Made by a program: the position numbers and the translations under genes. Source: Bdellovibrionales bacterium (GTDB lineage Bacteria; Bdellovibrionota; Bdellovibrionia; Bdellovibrionales; UBA1609). Taken from it: DNA of 64,000 nucleotides. The notes beneath the pieces were generated by a model. It was not told where the DNA came from, searched no databases, and saw nothing but the letters and a program-made list of their open reading frames with translations. The stretch spans positions 256,001-320,000 of the forward strand of contig OZ241877.1 in assembly GCA_965203095.1 (NCBI GenBank), in the 5' to 3' direction. This document shows, piece after piece, positions 54,234-63,173 of the stretch (positions are counted from its first letter, which is position 1; the number at the start of each line of letters is the position of its first letter).

Positions 54234-55382
54234 ATGAAATTTTTATCCTTAAAAATTCAATTCATTTTTAATATCATTTTGGTATGTTTTTTTTATACTG
54301 TTTCAGCCAGCACATTTCCAAAAAATGAAACAGAACCAGTCCCTCAGCCAAGTATCATTTTATTCGATATAGCTCATGAAAGTTCTTCTCAAAAGGAAGA
54401 AAAACATCAAAACATCCCTAAAAGCCCCAACACCTTAAAAGATTCAGAAAAAGAGGAGGCTTGCCAATACTTTTTAAAAACAGAGCTTGAAAATGATATG
54501 TCAAAAAGTGATATGGGCTATACTCATGGCCATCTGACAAGCCTAACTCGTAAGTGCCCTGATGGGGAGGATTGGACTTTATCTTTCAACTCTCGTTTTT
54601 TTACAGAGGATTACTATTCGATTTTTAGCTACAATCCTGACGACCGTTCTGAGACTTATATCGATGTCCTTAAGTTTCAAGAGGAAAACGAGTTGTCTTT
54701 GGAATACACAAATTGGAGAGCTTTTAAAGAAATATACTATGCAGGGGGTTTAAGTATAGGAATTATATCTGATGACAAAAGGTATATTTCTGGAAAAGAA
54801 CATGAGATTTTTCATGATCATTTTAAAGGGACTAATAAGGTGATCGAAACCCGCCACTGTCCGGGGGAATATAATCCAGCTCATATCCGACTTTGCAGGG
54901 TAGATGGAAGATCTTATCAGGATGCCAGAGTGGGCGATTATGAATACCACAATGGGACAGAGGGGAATCAATTGTTCGGCTCAGGGCACATTGCTTTAGG
55001 AAAAAGCTTTTCTTTAAACTCTACCGATTCTATAAACGGTGGGGGTAGCCTCAATTTTTTTCGTATAGAATTAGGGGCGGAAATTCACTCTATGGATCAT
55101 GCCTCCAGTGCTTTTTTAGAATCGGAGTTTGCTCATCTTCTGCTGACAAAACATTTAAAAGATCATGTTTACCTCATTGCCAATGTGAGAGGCAAAAAAG
55201 GTGAAGGATCAAGGAATTGGGCCAACTCCAGCTCATTAGGATTACATGTTAAAATCTTGCCGGGCCTAAAAATTCATTACACTGTGAAAAAAAGAGATTT
55301 GCCAGAAAAACCTGCCCCCATTTACTTAGACAGTGATGATGATGATATTTTACACAGTATAGGAATAGAAATTCAATTATAA
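54234..55382 (+). CDS. Outer-membrane protein, LpxR/DUF2219-like
   Basis: Signal peptide; ELEND..D.GYTHG motif; terminal strand SIGIEIQL. Confidence 0.55.
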   Translation: MKFLSLKIQFIFNIILVCFFYTVSASTFPKNETEPVPQPSIILFDIAHESSSQKEEKHQNIPKSPNTLKDSEKEEACQYFLKTELENDMSKSDMGYTHGHLTSLTRKCPDGEDWTLSFNSRFFTEDYYSIFSYNPDDRSETYIDVLKFQEENELSLEYTNWRAFKEIYYAGGLSIGIISDDKRYISGKEHEIFHDHFKGTNKVIETRHCPGEYNPAHIRLCRVDGRSYQDARVGDYEYHNGTEGNQLFGSGHIALGKSFSLNSTDSINGGGSLNFFRIELGAEIHSMDHASSAFLESEFAHLLLTKHLKDHVYLIANVRGKKGEGSRNWANSSSLGLHVKILPGLKIHYTVKKRDLPEKPAPIYLDSDDDDILHSIGIEIQL

Positions 55383-55548
55383 AAAACTCACAAACTACCC
55401 CTAACTCCCCTTCTCTGGCTCAAAATATCTTTTCTGTGCCCTGTTTTTAACCCTCATAATAACTATAAAGCATCCCTTTGTTGAAAAAAACCAAAATTAA
55501 AGACAAAGTTTCGTGCAGTTTTCAAGCAATATCGGTATAACTTGAGGC

Positions 55549-56850
55549 ATGCCTGATTTTAGAAAGTTTAAAATTTGTGATCCCCTTTACAGTTATATTC
55601 ACCTCAGCGAAGGGGAAAAAACCTTGATAAATCATCCTGCATTCCAAAGGTTGAGATCTGTCCGGCAGTTGGGCTTTTCAGAACAGGCCTTTCCCTCCGG
55701 AACACATAATCGCTTTAGCCATTCCTTAGGTGTTTGCCATTTAGCGAGTGAGGCTTTTGACAGCATTTTTAGCAAAAACAAATCTCTTTTAAGCGAATCC
55801 AAAAAACAAAGTTTTAAAACCACTATTCGCATATCAGCCCTTCTGCATGACATAGGCCATGGGCCACTGAGCCACTCCAGCGAAGCCCTTTTGCCTCCAC
55901 TAAAAACAATGGGCTTAAACAGTTTTTTAAATAGCTCTTCAAAAAGACTCGCCCGGCATGAAGACTATAGCCTAAAAATTATTATGGATAAAGAAGAGGG
56001 CTTGAATAAAGTCTTACAAATGAGTGGGGTGGATCCTTTGGCCGTGGCACAGCTTTTGCATCCTGATTTTTCTCTTGGCAAAGGTATTTTTGTGGAAAAG
56101 GGTTTGGATTTTTTACCTCTTTTAAGACAAATTATCAGCTCTGATTTTGATGTGGATCGGATGGATTATCTTTATAGGGATTCCTTATTTTGCGGTGTGA
56201 AATATGGTTGGATTGATTTTATGTGGCTGATTTCCCATTTTGATTGCCATATTGAGGGGGAGCGGGTTTTTCTCTCTGTGGGTAAAGAGGGGCTTTACAC
56301 TTTAGAAAGTTTGCTTTTGGGTCGCCAACACATGAGGTTGATTGTTTACTTTCACCACAAACCGGCCATTTACAATCAGATGCTAAAAAAATACATTGAG
56401 GATTGCCAGTGGAGACTTCCCGTAAGTCTTTCCGATTACCTTTCATGGACGGATGAAAAGCTTTTCCAGAAGTTAAAATCCGACAGCTCCAATATATGGG
56501 CCAGACGAATTATAACACAAAAAGCCTATTTGAGGCTTTATGAGGAGGTTCGCTCCAAATATTCTGGGGAACAGGTAAAAAACATTGAATTTTTAAAAGA
56601 AAGGCTAAAAACCATGGAGATAGATTTTATTGATATCAACTCAGAAGAGCACTCTATTAAACCCAAAAAGCCAGTGGCTGGGCAGGATATTTTCCTAAAA
56701 AATAAAGCTCTCCGCCATGCGATTCCCTTTCGAGAGGCCCCAGGGCTTTTAACTTTCCCCCCTCGCAAAATACAAAGGCTTTATGTGGATCCGGAAAAAT
56801 TTGCTAAAGCTCAGTCTTTACTTAAAAAACTCCCCCCGTCATTTTTGTGA
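55549..56850 (+). CDS. HD-domain phosphohydrolase (YdhJ/dNTP triphosphohydrolase-like)
   Basis: FQRLR..RQLG, HNRFSHSLG, LLHDIGHGP.SH, DVDRMDYL.RD, VYFH. Confidence 0.92.
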   Translation: MPDFRKFKICDPLYSYIHLSEGEKTLINHPAFQRLRSVRQLGFSEQAFPSGTHNRFSHSLGVCHLASEAFDSIFSKNKSLLSESKKQSFKTTIRISALLHDIGHGPLSHSSEALLPPLKTMGLNSFLNSSSKRLARHEDYSLKIIMDKEEGLNKVLQMSGVDPLAVAQLLHPDFSLGKGIFVEKGLDFLPLLRQIISSDFDVDRMDYLYRDSLFCGVKYGWIDFMWLISHFDCHIEGERVFLSVGKEGLYTLESLLLGRQHMRLIVYFHHKPAIYNQMLKKYIEDCQWRLPVSLSDYLSWTDEKLFQKLKSDSSNIWARRIITQKAYLRLYEEVRSKYSGEQVKNIEFLKERLKTMEIDFIDINSEEHSIKPKKPVAGQDIFLKNKALRHAIPFREAPGLLTFPPRKIQRLYVDPEKFAKAQSLLKKLPPSFL

Positions 56851-56975
56851 AAGTAGGAATCCAGAAAAGTCTGTTCTTAAGTTTCTTTGCCCAAAGGCCA
56901 GCCCCTTTCGGGACGGCAATACCTTGGACCCTTCATGGGCTGGCTTTGGGCAAAAGTCATTAAAAAGCTTGCCTC
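56838..56975. repeat. Compound repeat: degenerate REP-like palindrome plus MITE subfamily A core
   Basis: GTCATTTTTGTGAAAGTAGGAATCCAG, then TTTGCCCAAAGGCCAGCCC..GGGACGGCAATACCTTGGACCC..GGGCTGGCTTTGGGCAAA. Confidence 0.78.
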
Positions 56976-57124
56976 TGTCAGCGAAATACTGAACATTTAC
57001 AGGAATAACTGAGTCGACGGGATTGAGGCTTGCCGGGGGCAAGCTGAAAGATTTTTCTTGTGCGAACCATTAAATATAGACTTTTTCAAAGAGAGCTATT
57101 AAAAGTCAGAAGTAAGAGGTTTAT

Positions 57125-57904
57125 ATGCAATACGAGACTTTAAAATACCAACAAAAGGGGGCCTTAGCCTATTTGACTGTGAATCGGCCCAAAGCCTTAA
57201 ACGCTTTAAACTCAAAAGTTTTGGAAGAACTTTGTCACTGTCTCCGCCATTTGGATACAAAAAGTTTAAGGACAATGATCATTCAAGGGGCTGGTGAAAA
57301 ATCTTTTGTTGCGGGGGCAGATATAAAGGAGATGTCGGCTCTCAACGCTAAAGAGGCAAAGGCTTTTGCTCAAAAGGGCCAACAGGCTTTTTCCCTGTTG
57401 GAGTCTCTCCCTTTTCCAGTAATAGCTCTAATTCAAGGTTTTGCTTTGGGCGGAGGCTTAGAGCTGGCCCTGGCCTGTGATTTTTTGATTATGGATGAAG
57501 AGGCAAAAATTGGCTTTCCCGAAGTGACCTTGGGCCTGTTCCCTACTTTTGGAGGGACACAAAGGCTCACAAGGGCTATAGGTTTTTTTAAAGCTAAGGA
57601 AATGATTTTCTCTGGTGGCTTTTGGACAGCTAAGTCAGCCTACGATTTGGGCCTGATCTATGCAGTGGTGGCTAAAAACCAACTTTTGAGCCGGGCAGAA
57701 AAGCTGGCCCATGTCTTCCAAAAAAGAGGGCCTTTGGCCATAGCAGAGGCCAAGCGTCTGATTCAATCTGCAAGATCTCTCTCGCTAAAGGAAGGTTTAA
57801 AACAAGAGGCAGAAAGTTTTAGCCTTTTATTTGAGACAGAGGACTGCCGGGAGGGCATGAAAGCTTTTATCGAAAAGCGAGCACCGGAATTTAAAGGTTC
57901 TTAA
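57125..57904 (+). CDS. Enoyl-CoA hydratase (crotonase)
   Basis: NRPKALNALN, FVAGADI, ALGGGLELALACD, PEV.LG..P..GGTQRL. Confidence 0.95.
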   Translation: MQYETLKYQQKGALAYLTVNRPKALNALNSKVLEELCHCLRHLDTKSLRTMIIQGAGEKSFVAGADIKEMSALNAKEAKAFAQKGQQAFSLLESLPFPVIALIQGFALGGGLELALACDFLIMDEEAKIGFPEVTLGLFPTFGGTQRLTRAIGFFKAKEMIFSGGFWTAKSAYDLGLIYAVVAKNQLLSRAEKLAHVFQKRGPLAIAEAKRLIQSARSLSLKEGLKQEAESFSLLFETEDCREGMKAFIEKRAPEFKGS

Positions 57905-58057
57905 AAAGGCTGTTTTACAAAAAAATAGCACAGTCAATAGCTTTCCGGTATCTTTCTTAAAAAAAGTGGGAGCAAACTTCTTTGGCCTTCTGGTATTTTT
58001 ATAAAAAAATTGTTTTTAGATTGGCATTTTAAACTGAATTGATATAGCCTCAACTTT

Positions 58058-58378
58058 ATGATGACAGCTAAAGAGCAGGTTGTAAAACTCATTTCCGATC
58101 ATCCCGTCATGCTTTTTATGAAGGGTTCTCCGGAACAACCTCAATGTGGCTTTTCCGCCCGAGTCACACAAATTTTAGATTTTTTAAAAGTCAAATACCA
58201 TTTTTTTGATGTTTTAACTGACGAGTCCATTCGTCAAGCTGTCAAAGAGCATGGTAAGTGGCCCACCATACCTCAACTCTATGTCAAAAAAAGTCTGTTA
58301 GGGGGGTGCGACATTATTGAGGAGCAATTTCAATCCGGCGATCTGGAAAAAAGCCTATCCGACTTCCTTCAAAAATAA
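58058..58378 (+). CDS. grxD: Monothiol glutaredoxin Grx4
   Basis: FMKG.P..PQCGFS, WPTIPQL, GGCDI. Confidence 0.96.
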   Translation: MMTAKEQVVKLISDHPVMLFMKGSPEQPQCGFSARVTQILDFLKVKYHFFDVLTDESIRQAVKEHGKWPTIPQLYVKKSLLGGCDIIEEQFQSGDLEKSLSDFLQK

Positions 58379-58612
58379 ATTTCAATAAAAAATGATCAGC
58401 TTTTTTGAAAAAAAATAAAGCTAAAGCCTTGCATTTTTCCAAAAATAACCTCAAAATTATATACATGGCTATAAAATTAATTTTTTTATAAAAGAAATGG
58501 AATTATAAGTAAAAGAAGAAAAAGTTAAAACTATGATTTTTTCAGGGAATTTTATTGAAAAAGATGCGAAGATCTGTGAAAATGATACTGTGCAAATGCT
58601 GGAGGCTAAACT

Positions 58613-59083
58613 ATGAAAAATAATCAAGCAATGTTTTCATTTAAGATCGATGGGAAAGATTTTGAATTGCCTAAAGAAAAGGTGACTGCGAAACAAATTA
58701 TAGAACTTGCTAAAGAAAAAGGATTGCCAGAGGCAAATCTTCCTATTGAAGATCTGACATTAAAAAGCGGAAAAGATCTTTATTCAGGGAACGAAAATGT
58801 GGATTTATCAAAGGAAAATGTTTTCTCTCTGGAGCCAAAAAAGATATATAAATTTAAAGTCAACGGGCAAGAGATGGAATCCAAGGTTAAGAATCTGACT
58901 GCGAAACAAATTATAGAACTTGCTAAAGAAAAAGGAGCTACCCTCCCCGGTGACGAACAAAGCAATCTACTTGTAGAATCTGTGGGAAAACATCAGCGTC
59001 AATTTCAGCTGGAGGAAGAAGTTAATCTCAGCCAGTTTTGTGATTTTTTACTCATTTTGAATGAGCCAACTCCTGTTGCTTGA
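58613..59083 (+). CDS. Tandem (multi-)ubiquitin-like beta-grasp protein (BubA-like)
   Basis: Two ~71-aa repeats F.F..[D/N]G..TAKQIIELAKEKG..V[D/N]LS; C-terminus EPTPVA; RBS GGAGG; upstream of E2 and E1 genes. Confidence 0.75.
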   Translation: MKNNQAMFSFKIDGKDFELPKEKVTAKQIIELAKEKGLPEANLPIEDLTLKSGKDLYSGNENVDLSKENVFSLEPKKIYKFKVNGQEMESKVKNLTAKQIIELAKEKGATLPGDEQSNLLVESVGKHQRQFQLEEEVNLSQFCDFLLILNEPTPVA

Positions 59084-59120
59084 AAACAGGAAATTTTAAT
59101 CATATTGAGTCTGTATAAAA

Positions 59121-59507
59121 ATGTCTGCTTTGGAAAAAATAAAATGTGAATTAGAGGGCTTGAGCTATAGTCCCTTTTATATTGACACACCACAAGGTAA
59201 AACAGTGGTTATTAACTACCATGTATTGGTCGGCAAATATAAGGGAAAACAAATTCTCCTCGGATTTTCACTTCAGGAGGAAGGATATCCAGAATATCCT
59301 CCGCATTGGATCCATATCAGCCCACCTTATAATGATCAAAAGGGGGGAACCACACAAACTTACACCCATCCAGACAATAGGGGAGAAAACCAAGAATGGT
59401 TGGCCCTGAGTCGCCCTCCTCAAGATTTTTGGGATCAATTACCTACAAAACATATCAAACATTATTTGGATCTTCATATATCTCGTTTTTGTAAAGAATT
59501 AAAATGA
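59121..59507 (+). CDS. Prokaryotic E2/UBC-like protein (BubB-like)
   Basis: YPEYPPHWIH UBC-like signature; WLALSRPP..FW at the active-site position; ATGA overlap with the next gene. Confidence 0.72.
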   Translation: MSALEKIKCELEGLSYSPFYIDTPQGKTVVINYHVLVGKYKGKQILLGFSLQEEGYPEYPPHWIHISPPYNDQKGGTTQTYTHPDNRGENQEWLALSRPPQDFWDQLPTKHIKHYLDLHISRFCKELK

Positions 59508-61003
59508 GATATGAAGTTGCTTTTTGTGAAGAAGCCGAAAAACAGGCTCGTCAACATCTTTTATGGCATTTTCACAACGGCAATTTGCAAGAGGATCTTT
59601 GCTTTGCATTGTGGAGACCTGGCAAAGGGAAATCTCGCTATACAGGAATAATCTATAAAATAATTCTCCCAGAAAGAGACGATCGGACGCTCCATGGCAA
59701 TGTGGAGTTTGTTCCTCAATTCCTTTCCAGGGCAATCCATCAAGCTATAAGGGAAAAAGCAGGTTTGGCTTTTATGCACAGCCATCCAACAGATGGCTGG
59801 CAAGATATGAGCAAACCGGATGTGATTGCAGAAAGAGATGTGTTGTTCCCGCCCTCTATGGCCACCGGATTACCTCTATTGGGACTAACTATCGGAACAG
59901 ACGGTTGGTGGAGTGCTCGTTTTTGGAATAGAAAGAGAGGTAAAGCAAACCATCGTTGGTGTCAAAAAACAAGGGTTATTGGAAAAAATTTTTACAAAAT
60001 ATATTATAATGATCATATTCTATTGCCTCCCAAACGAAAAGTTTTTTTAAAAAGAACTTTTGACACTTGGGGAAAAAAGCATCAAAACAATATTGCACGA
60101 CTCAAAATAGGCATCGTGGGTCTGGGAAGTGTTGGCTCTATTGTTGCTGAAACTCTTGCCAGATTAGGAGTAAATAATATCGTTCTAATAGATCCAGATA
60201 AAATAAAAACTCACAATTTGGATCGCCTACTCTATGGCACAAAAAAACATATTGGCTGTTATAAGGTGGATGTGGCTAATCAGTTAATTAAAGAGCATTC
60301 AGTCGCTCATAAACTCAATATTGAGGCTCTTCCGTATTCTATACACCACGAAAAGGCATATTTTGCATCTTTAGACTGTGATTTTCTTTTCAGTTGTGTT
60401 GATCGACCTGTAGCGAGAGATGTTTTAAATTTCATCTCTTTTGCTCATTTAATCCCTGTTATTGACGGTGGGGTAAAAGTGACTTTAGACAAAAATGGGA
60501 ATTTTTACAGTTCTCACTGGCGGTCTCATCTTGTCACACCCTATCATCAATGTTTGCGTTGCAACAAACAATACACAACCAGTGGTGTCACGATGGAACT
60601 GGATGGCACATTGAATAATCCATCCTATATTCAAAATCTTCCCAAACCACTGAGATCTGAAAACCAAAATGTTTTCCCTTTCAGCTTGAGCGTTGCGGCA
60701 ATGGAGGTCAATCAAATGATTCGCTATATAATTTCCAGTGACTGGTGGCCAGAAGTCCAACAACAAGACTACCAATTTTTAACTGGATCAATTAAAATCA
60801 ATAATCAAAAATGCAGAAAGCATTGTGTTTTTCAGGAAGAAAGAATCGCAATGGGGGACAGATACAAGCCACATTATATTGTATCTACAAAAGGAGAAGG
60901 TTCAAAAGAAAAGAAATCTAAAATATTCAAGTTTATACCCTCTATAAACTGGATGATAAGCTTAATCACCAAACTTTTCGGTAAGGGATTTCGGAACAAG
61001 TAA
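59504..61003 (+). CDS. JAB/MPN metallopeptidase fused to a ThiF/E1 adenylation domain (BubCD-like)
   Basis: N-terminal E..HSHP......S..D JAMM motif; GLGSVGS, DPD.I...NLDR, CVD, CLRC and C..HC zinc ligands. Confidence 0.88.
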   Translation: MRYEVAFCEEAEKQARQHLLWHFHNGNLQEDLCFALWRPGKGKSRYTGIIYKIILPERDDRTLHGNVEFVPQFLSRAIHQAIREKAGLAFMHSHPTDGWQDMSKPDVIAERDVLFPPSMATGLPLLGLTIGTDGWWSARFWNRKRGKANHRWCQKTRVIGKNFYKIYYNDHILLPPKRKVFLKRTFDTWGKKHQNNIARLKIGIVGLGSVGSIVAETLARLGVNNIVLIDPDKIKTHNLDRLLYGTKKHIGCYKVDVANQLIKEHSVAHKLNIEALPYSIHHEKAYFASLDCDFLFSCVDRPVARDVLNFISFAHLIPVIDGGVKVTLDKNGNFYSSHWRSHLVTPYHQCLRCNKQYTTSGVTMELDGTLNNPSYIQNLPKPLRSENQNVFPFSLSVAAMEVNQMIRYIISSDWWPEVQQQDYQFLTGSIKINNQKCRKHCVFQEERIAMGDRYKPHYIVSTKGEGSKEKKSKIFKFIPSINWMISLITKLFGKGFRNK

Positions 61004-61970
61004 ATTGAGGACCAATATATCCCGATTGCTTAGCAAGGTTTTTTAGATATTTGCGTAAACGACTGCTGTTCATAACTCTGGGTCCTATAGTAATTTTACT
61101 GCCACTTGTAAGGATCTTTTTAGAACTTAGTTGTTCATCAAAAATATATCTTCTTAAATAAGGAGGAGTATTCTTAAAGTCTTCTTTTATCTCCTCTGAA
61201 TCTGAAGAAGTTTTTATAAACCGATATTCTTTTTCATATTCATATCCTTTATGCTTATAAAGAAATTTTATTTTATCAAATGCTTTCCAAAATCGTAATG
61301 CAAAATATTTTTTATCTGTATCTGAGGAAAACTGAGAATGCAATAAACCTCCTAATTCAAAATAATCTTTAAAGTAAGCTATTAGATGCTCAAAATCATC
61401 TTCGTATAATACAGGATCCAGTTTTTCAAGCAAATCAGTCTTTTGAGAAAGTTGAAGGGAACAGCCCAAACCATCCTTTCCATAAGACTGCCAGTATGTG
61501 ATTTTATCTCCAATATTAGAATCCTCTCCGGAAACAAAGGAGCAGACAAAAGCGTCAGTATCTTGTCCAGAATCTTTCAACCAAGGATAATTTTTAATCA
61601 AATTATCTTTTAAATAATTTCCTTCACTGGGATCATTTGAGTAAGATGCATCAGACAATCTAAGGCCACTCATCTGTTGTTCAATTTGAGGTTTTAGTAT
61701 AGAATAAATGGTTTCCATACTTGTATAGTGAGCTAAATAAATTTCAGAGGTCATTTTATCTGATACATTTTTACTTATACTTTTTTTATAATAATTCTTT
61801 ACTTCTGATTTTAGAATTATTGATAAAATGTCTATAAATTCTTTAAATTTTTCATGCTCAGCATATTTAAGCATTTCATTTAATTTATTTGTTTGTTCCC
61901 TTGATTCCTTTTGAGAACATTGCTTAATTATTTTTTGTATTAACTTATTTATTTTTGATTGAGTATCCAT
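60966..61970 (-). CDS. DUF2971-like protein
   Basis: HYTS, NDPSEG, CSF, YWQSYG.DG.G, K...YEYEKEYR, ITIGP motifs. Confidence 0.75.
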   Translation of the reverse strand: MDTQSKINKLIQKIIKQCSQKESREQTNKLNEMLKYAEHEKFKEFIDILSIILKSEVKNYYKKSISKNVSDKMTSEIYLAHYTSMETIYSILKPQIEQQMSGLRLSDASYSNDPSEGNYLKDNLIKNYPWLKDSGQDTDAFVCSFVSGEDSNIGDKITYWQSYGKDGLGCSLQLSQKTDLLEKLDPVLYEDDFEHLIAYFKDYFELGGLLHSQFSSDTDKKYFALRFWKAFDKIKFLYKHKGYEYEKEYRFIKTSSDSEEIKEDFKNTPPYLRRYIFDEQLSSKKILTSGSKITIGPRVMNSSRLRKYLKNLAKQSGYIGPQFTCSEIPYRKVW

Positions 61971-62076
61971 TAATTGATCTCCTTTTTTTCAGACTCTTTA
62001 ATGCTTTATCCAAAAATTTATAACTCCCATCTGAGGATTGAGCATATATGGTTTTTGTATCCTGTTTCATTTTTCT

Positions 62077-63123
62077 TTAAATAAACAATCTATTTTGGTA
62101 GTTTTTTAAATCATGGATTGTCTCTTCAGCAATTTCCGGTGCGATTTCATACCCCAGGCTGTTTCTTTGTAAATCCACAGCCGCCTTAACAGTGGTTCCA
62201 CTACCTAAGAAAGGATCCAAAACAACCTCGCTTATATAGGAAAAAGCTTTAATAATTCTATAGGGCAACTCATAGGGAAAAGGGGCAACATGAGAGCGAC
62301 GGTCCCCGCTTCCTTCTGGTTTCATCTTCCATACATCCGTATTCTTGACACTTAGCCAAAATTCCTTATCTAATTTGGAATCTTCTTTTTGTTGTTTTGT
62401 CAAATGGCTGTATTTATTAAATCCATTTTTTTCCGGTTTGTTAAATTCCAAAATGAACTCGTGCATATTGTTGATTAAAATTCCTCCCGGATAGGGATAA
62501 GTCCCAAAGTGGGCTTTCACTCCATTTGTTTTATGCCAAACAATATCTCTTTTAAAAACAAAGCCAATTTTCTCCATAATCTCTATTGTCTGTCCGGTTA
62601 AATTTAAAGTTTTAAATCCTTTACCTTCCCTTACCGGTAAATTCATTATATTTATAAAAGCCTTTCTCCCAGGTTGGAGAACTCTAAAAACCTCTTTCCA
62701 AACCTCTCCAATTTTTTCAAACCATTGATCGAGGTTATGAATATTGCCCAAATCGCCCCGGACAGGTTCTTTTGTATACATTTTGGCATTAAAATAGGGC
62801 GGGGAAGTGATCATCAAATGAACAGAGTTGTCTTTAAGATCCTTCATGCAGGTAGCGTCTTTTATATAAATTTTATGTAAAGAATTATTAAGTTTCAACA
62901 AGTTTTCTTTTTCAATCCTTTGCTTTTTTTCTTTCTTGATTTTAGGTCGATTTCTTTCATACTCTTTTAAGTCTTTCAGTTTAAATCTTTTCTGCCCGCT
63001 GGTGGAAAGCATGCTTTTAATTTGACTCTTTTTTACTAAGTTGTGCAGAGTTCTGACAGTAATTCCCAAATACTTTGCCGTCTCTATAGAAGACAAATAT
63101 TTTCTATCTTTATAATCGTTCAT
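62077..63123 (-). CDS. Beta-class amino-methyltransferase (N4-C/N6-A) with an N-terminal excisionase/MerR-like HTH
   Basis: LS..E.AKYLGI..RTL..G..RF HTH; ITSPPY precedes H.APFP and VLDPFLGSGTT. Confidence 0.9.
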   Translation of the reverse strand: MNDYKDRKYLSSIETAKYLGITVRTLHNLVKKSQIKSMLSTSGQKRFKLKDLKEYERNRPKIKKEKKQRIEKENLLKLNNSLHKIYIKDATCMKDLKDNSVHLMITSPPYFNAKMYTKEPVRGDLGNIHNLDQWFEKIGEVWKEVFRVLQPGRKAFINIMNLPVREGKGFKTLNLTGQTIEIMEKIGFVFKRDIVWHKTNGVKAHFGTYPYPGGILINNMHEFILEFNKPEKNGFNKYSHLTKQQKEDSKLDKEFWLSVKNTDVWKMKPEGSGDRRSHVAPFPYELPYRIIKAFSYISEVVLDPFLGSGTTVKAAVDLQRNSLGYEIAPEIAEETIHDLKNYQNRLFI

Positions 63124-63173
63124 AGTTGTTCCTTTCCCACCTTTATAACCTCCCGTTTAACAAGAGCATTCAT

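Noticed and set aside
59504..61003. ThiF/MoeB cofactor-biosynthesis or CBASS interpretation
   Set aside because: No thiamine or molybdopterin genes, no Gly-Gly sulfur carrier and no CD-NTase nearby; the E2-like neighbour favours protein conjugation.
58400..63170. Integrase, att sites or a tRNA target for the defence island
   Set aside because: No integrase, tRNA or convincing flanking direct repeat seen; the boundaries are inferred only from gene content.
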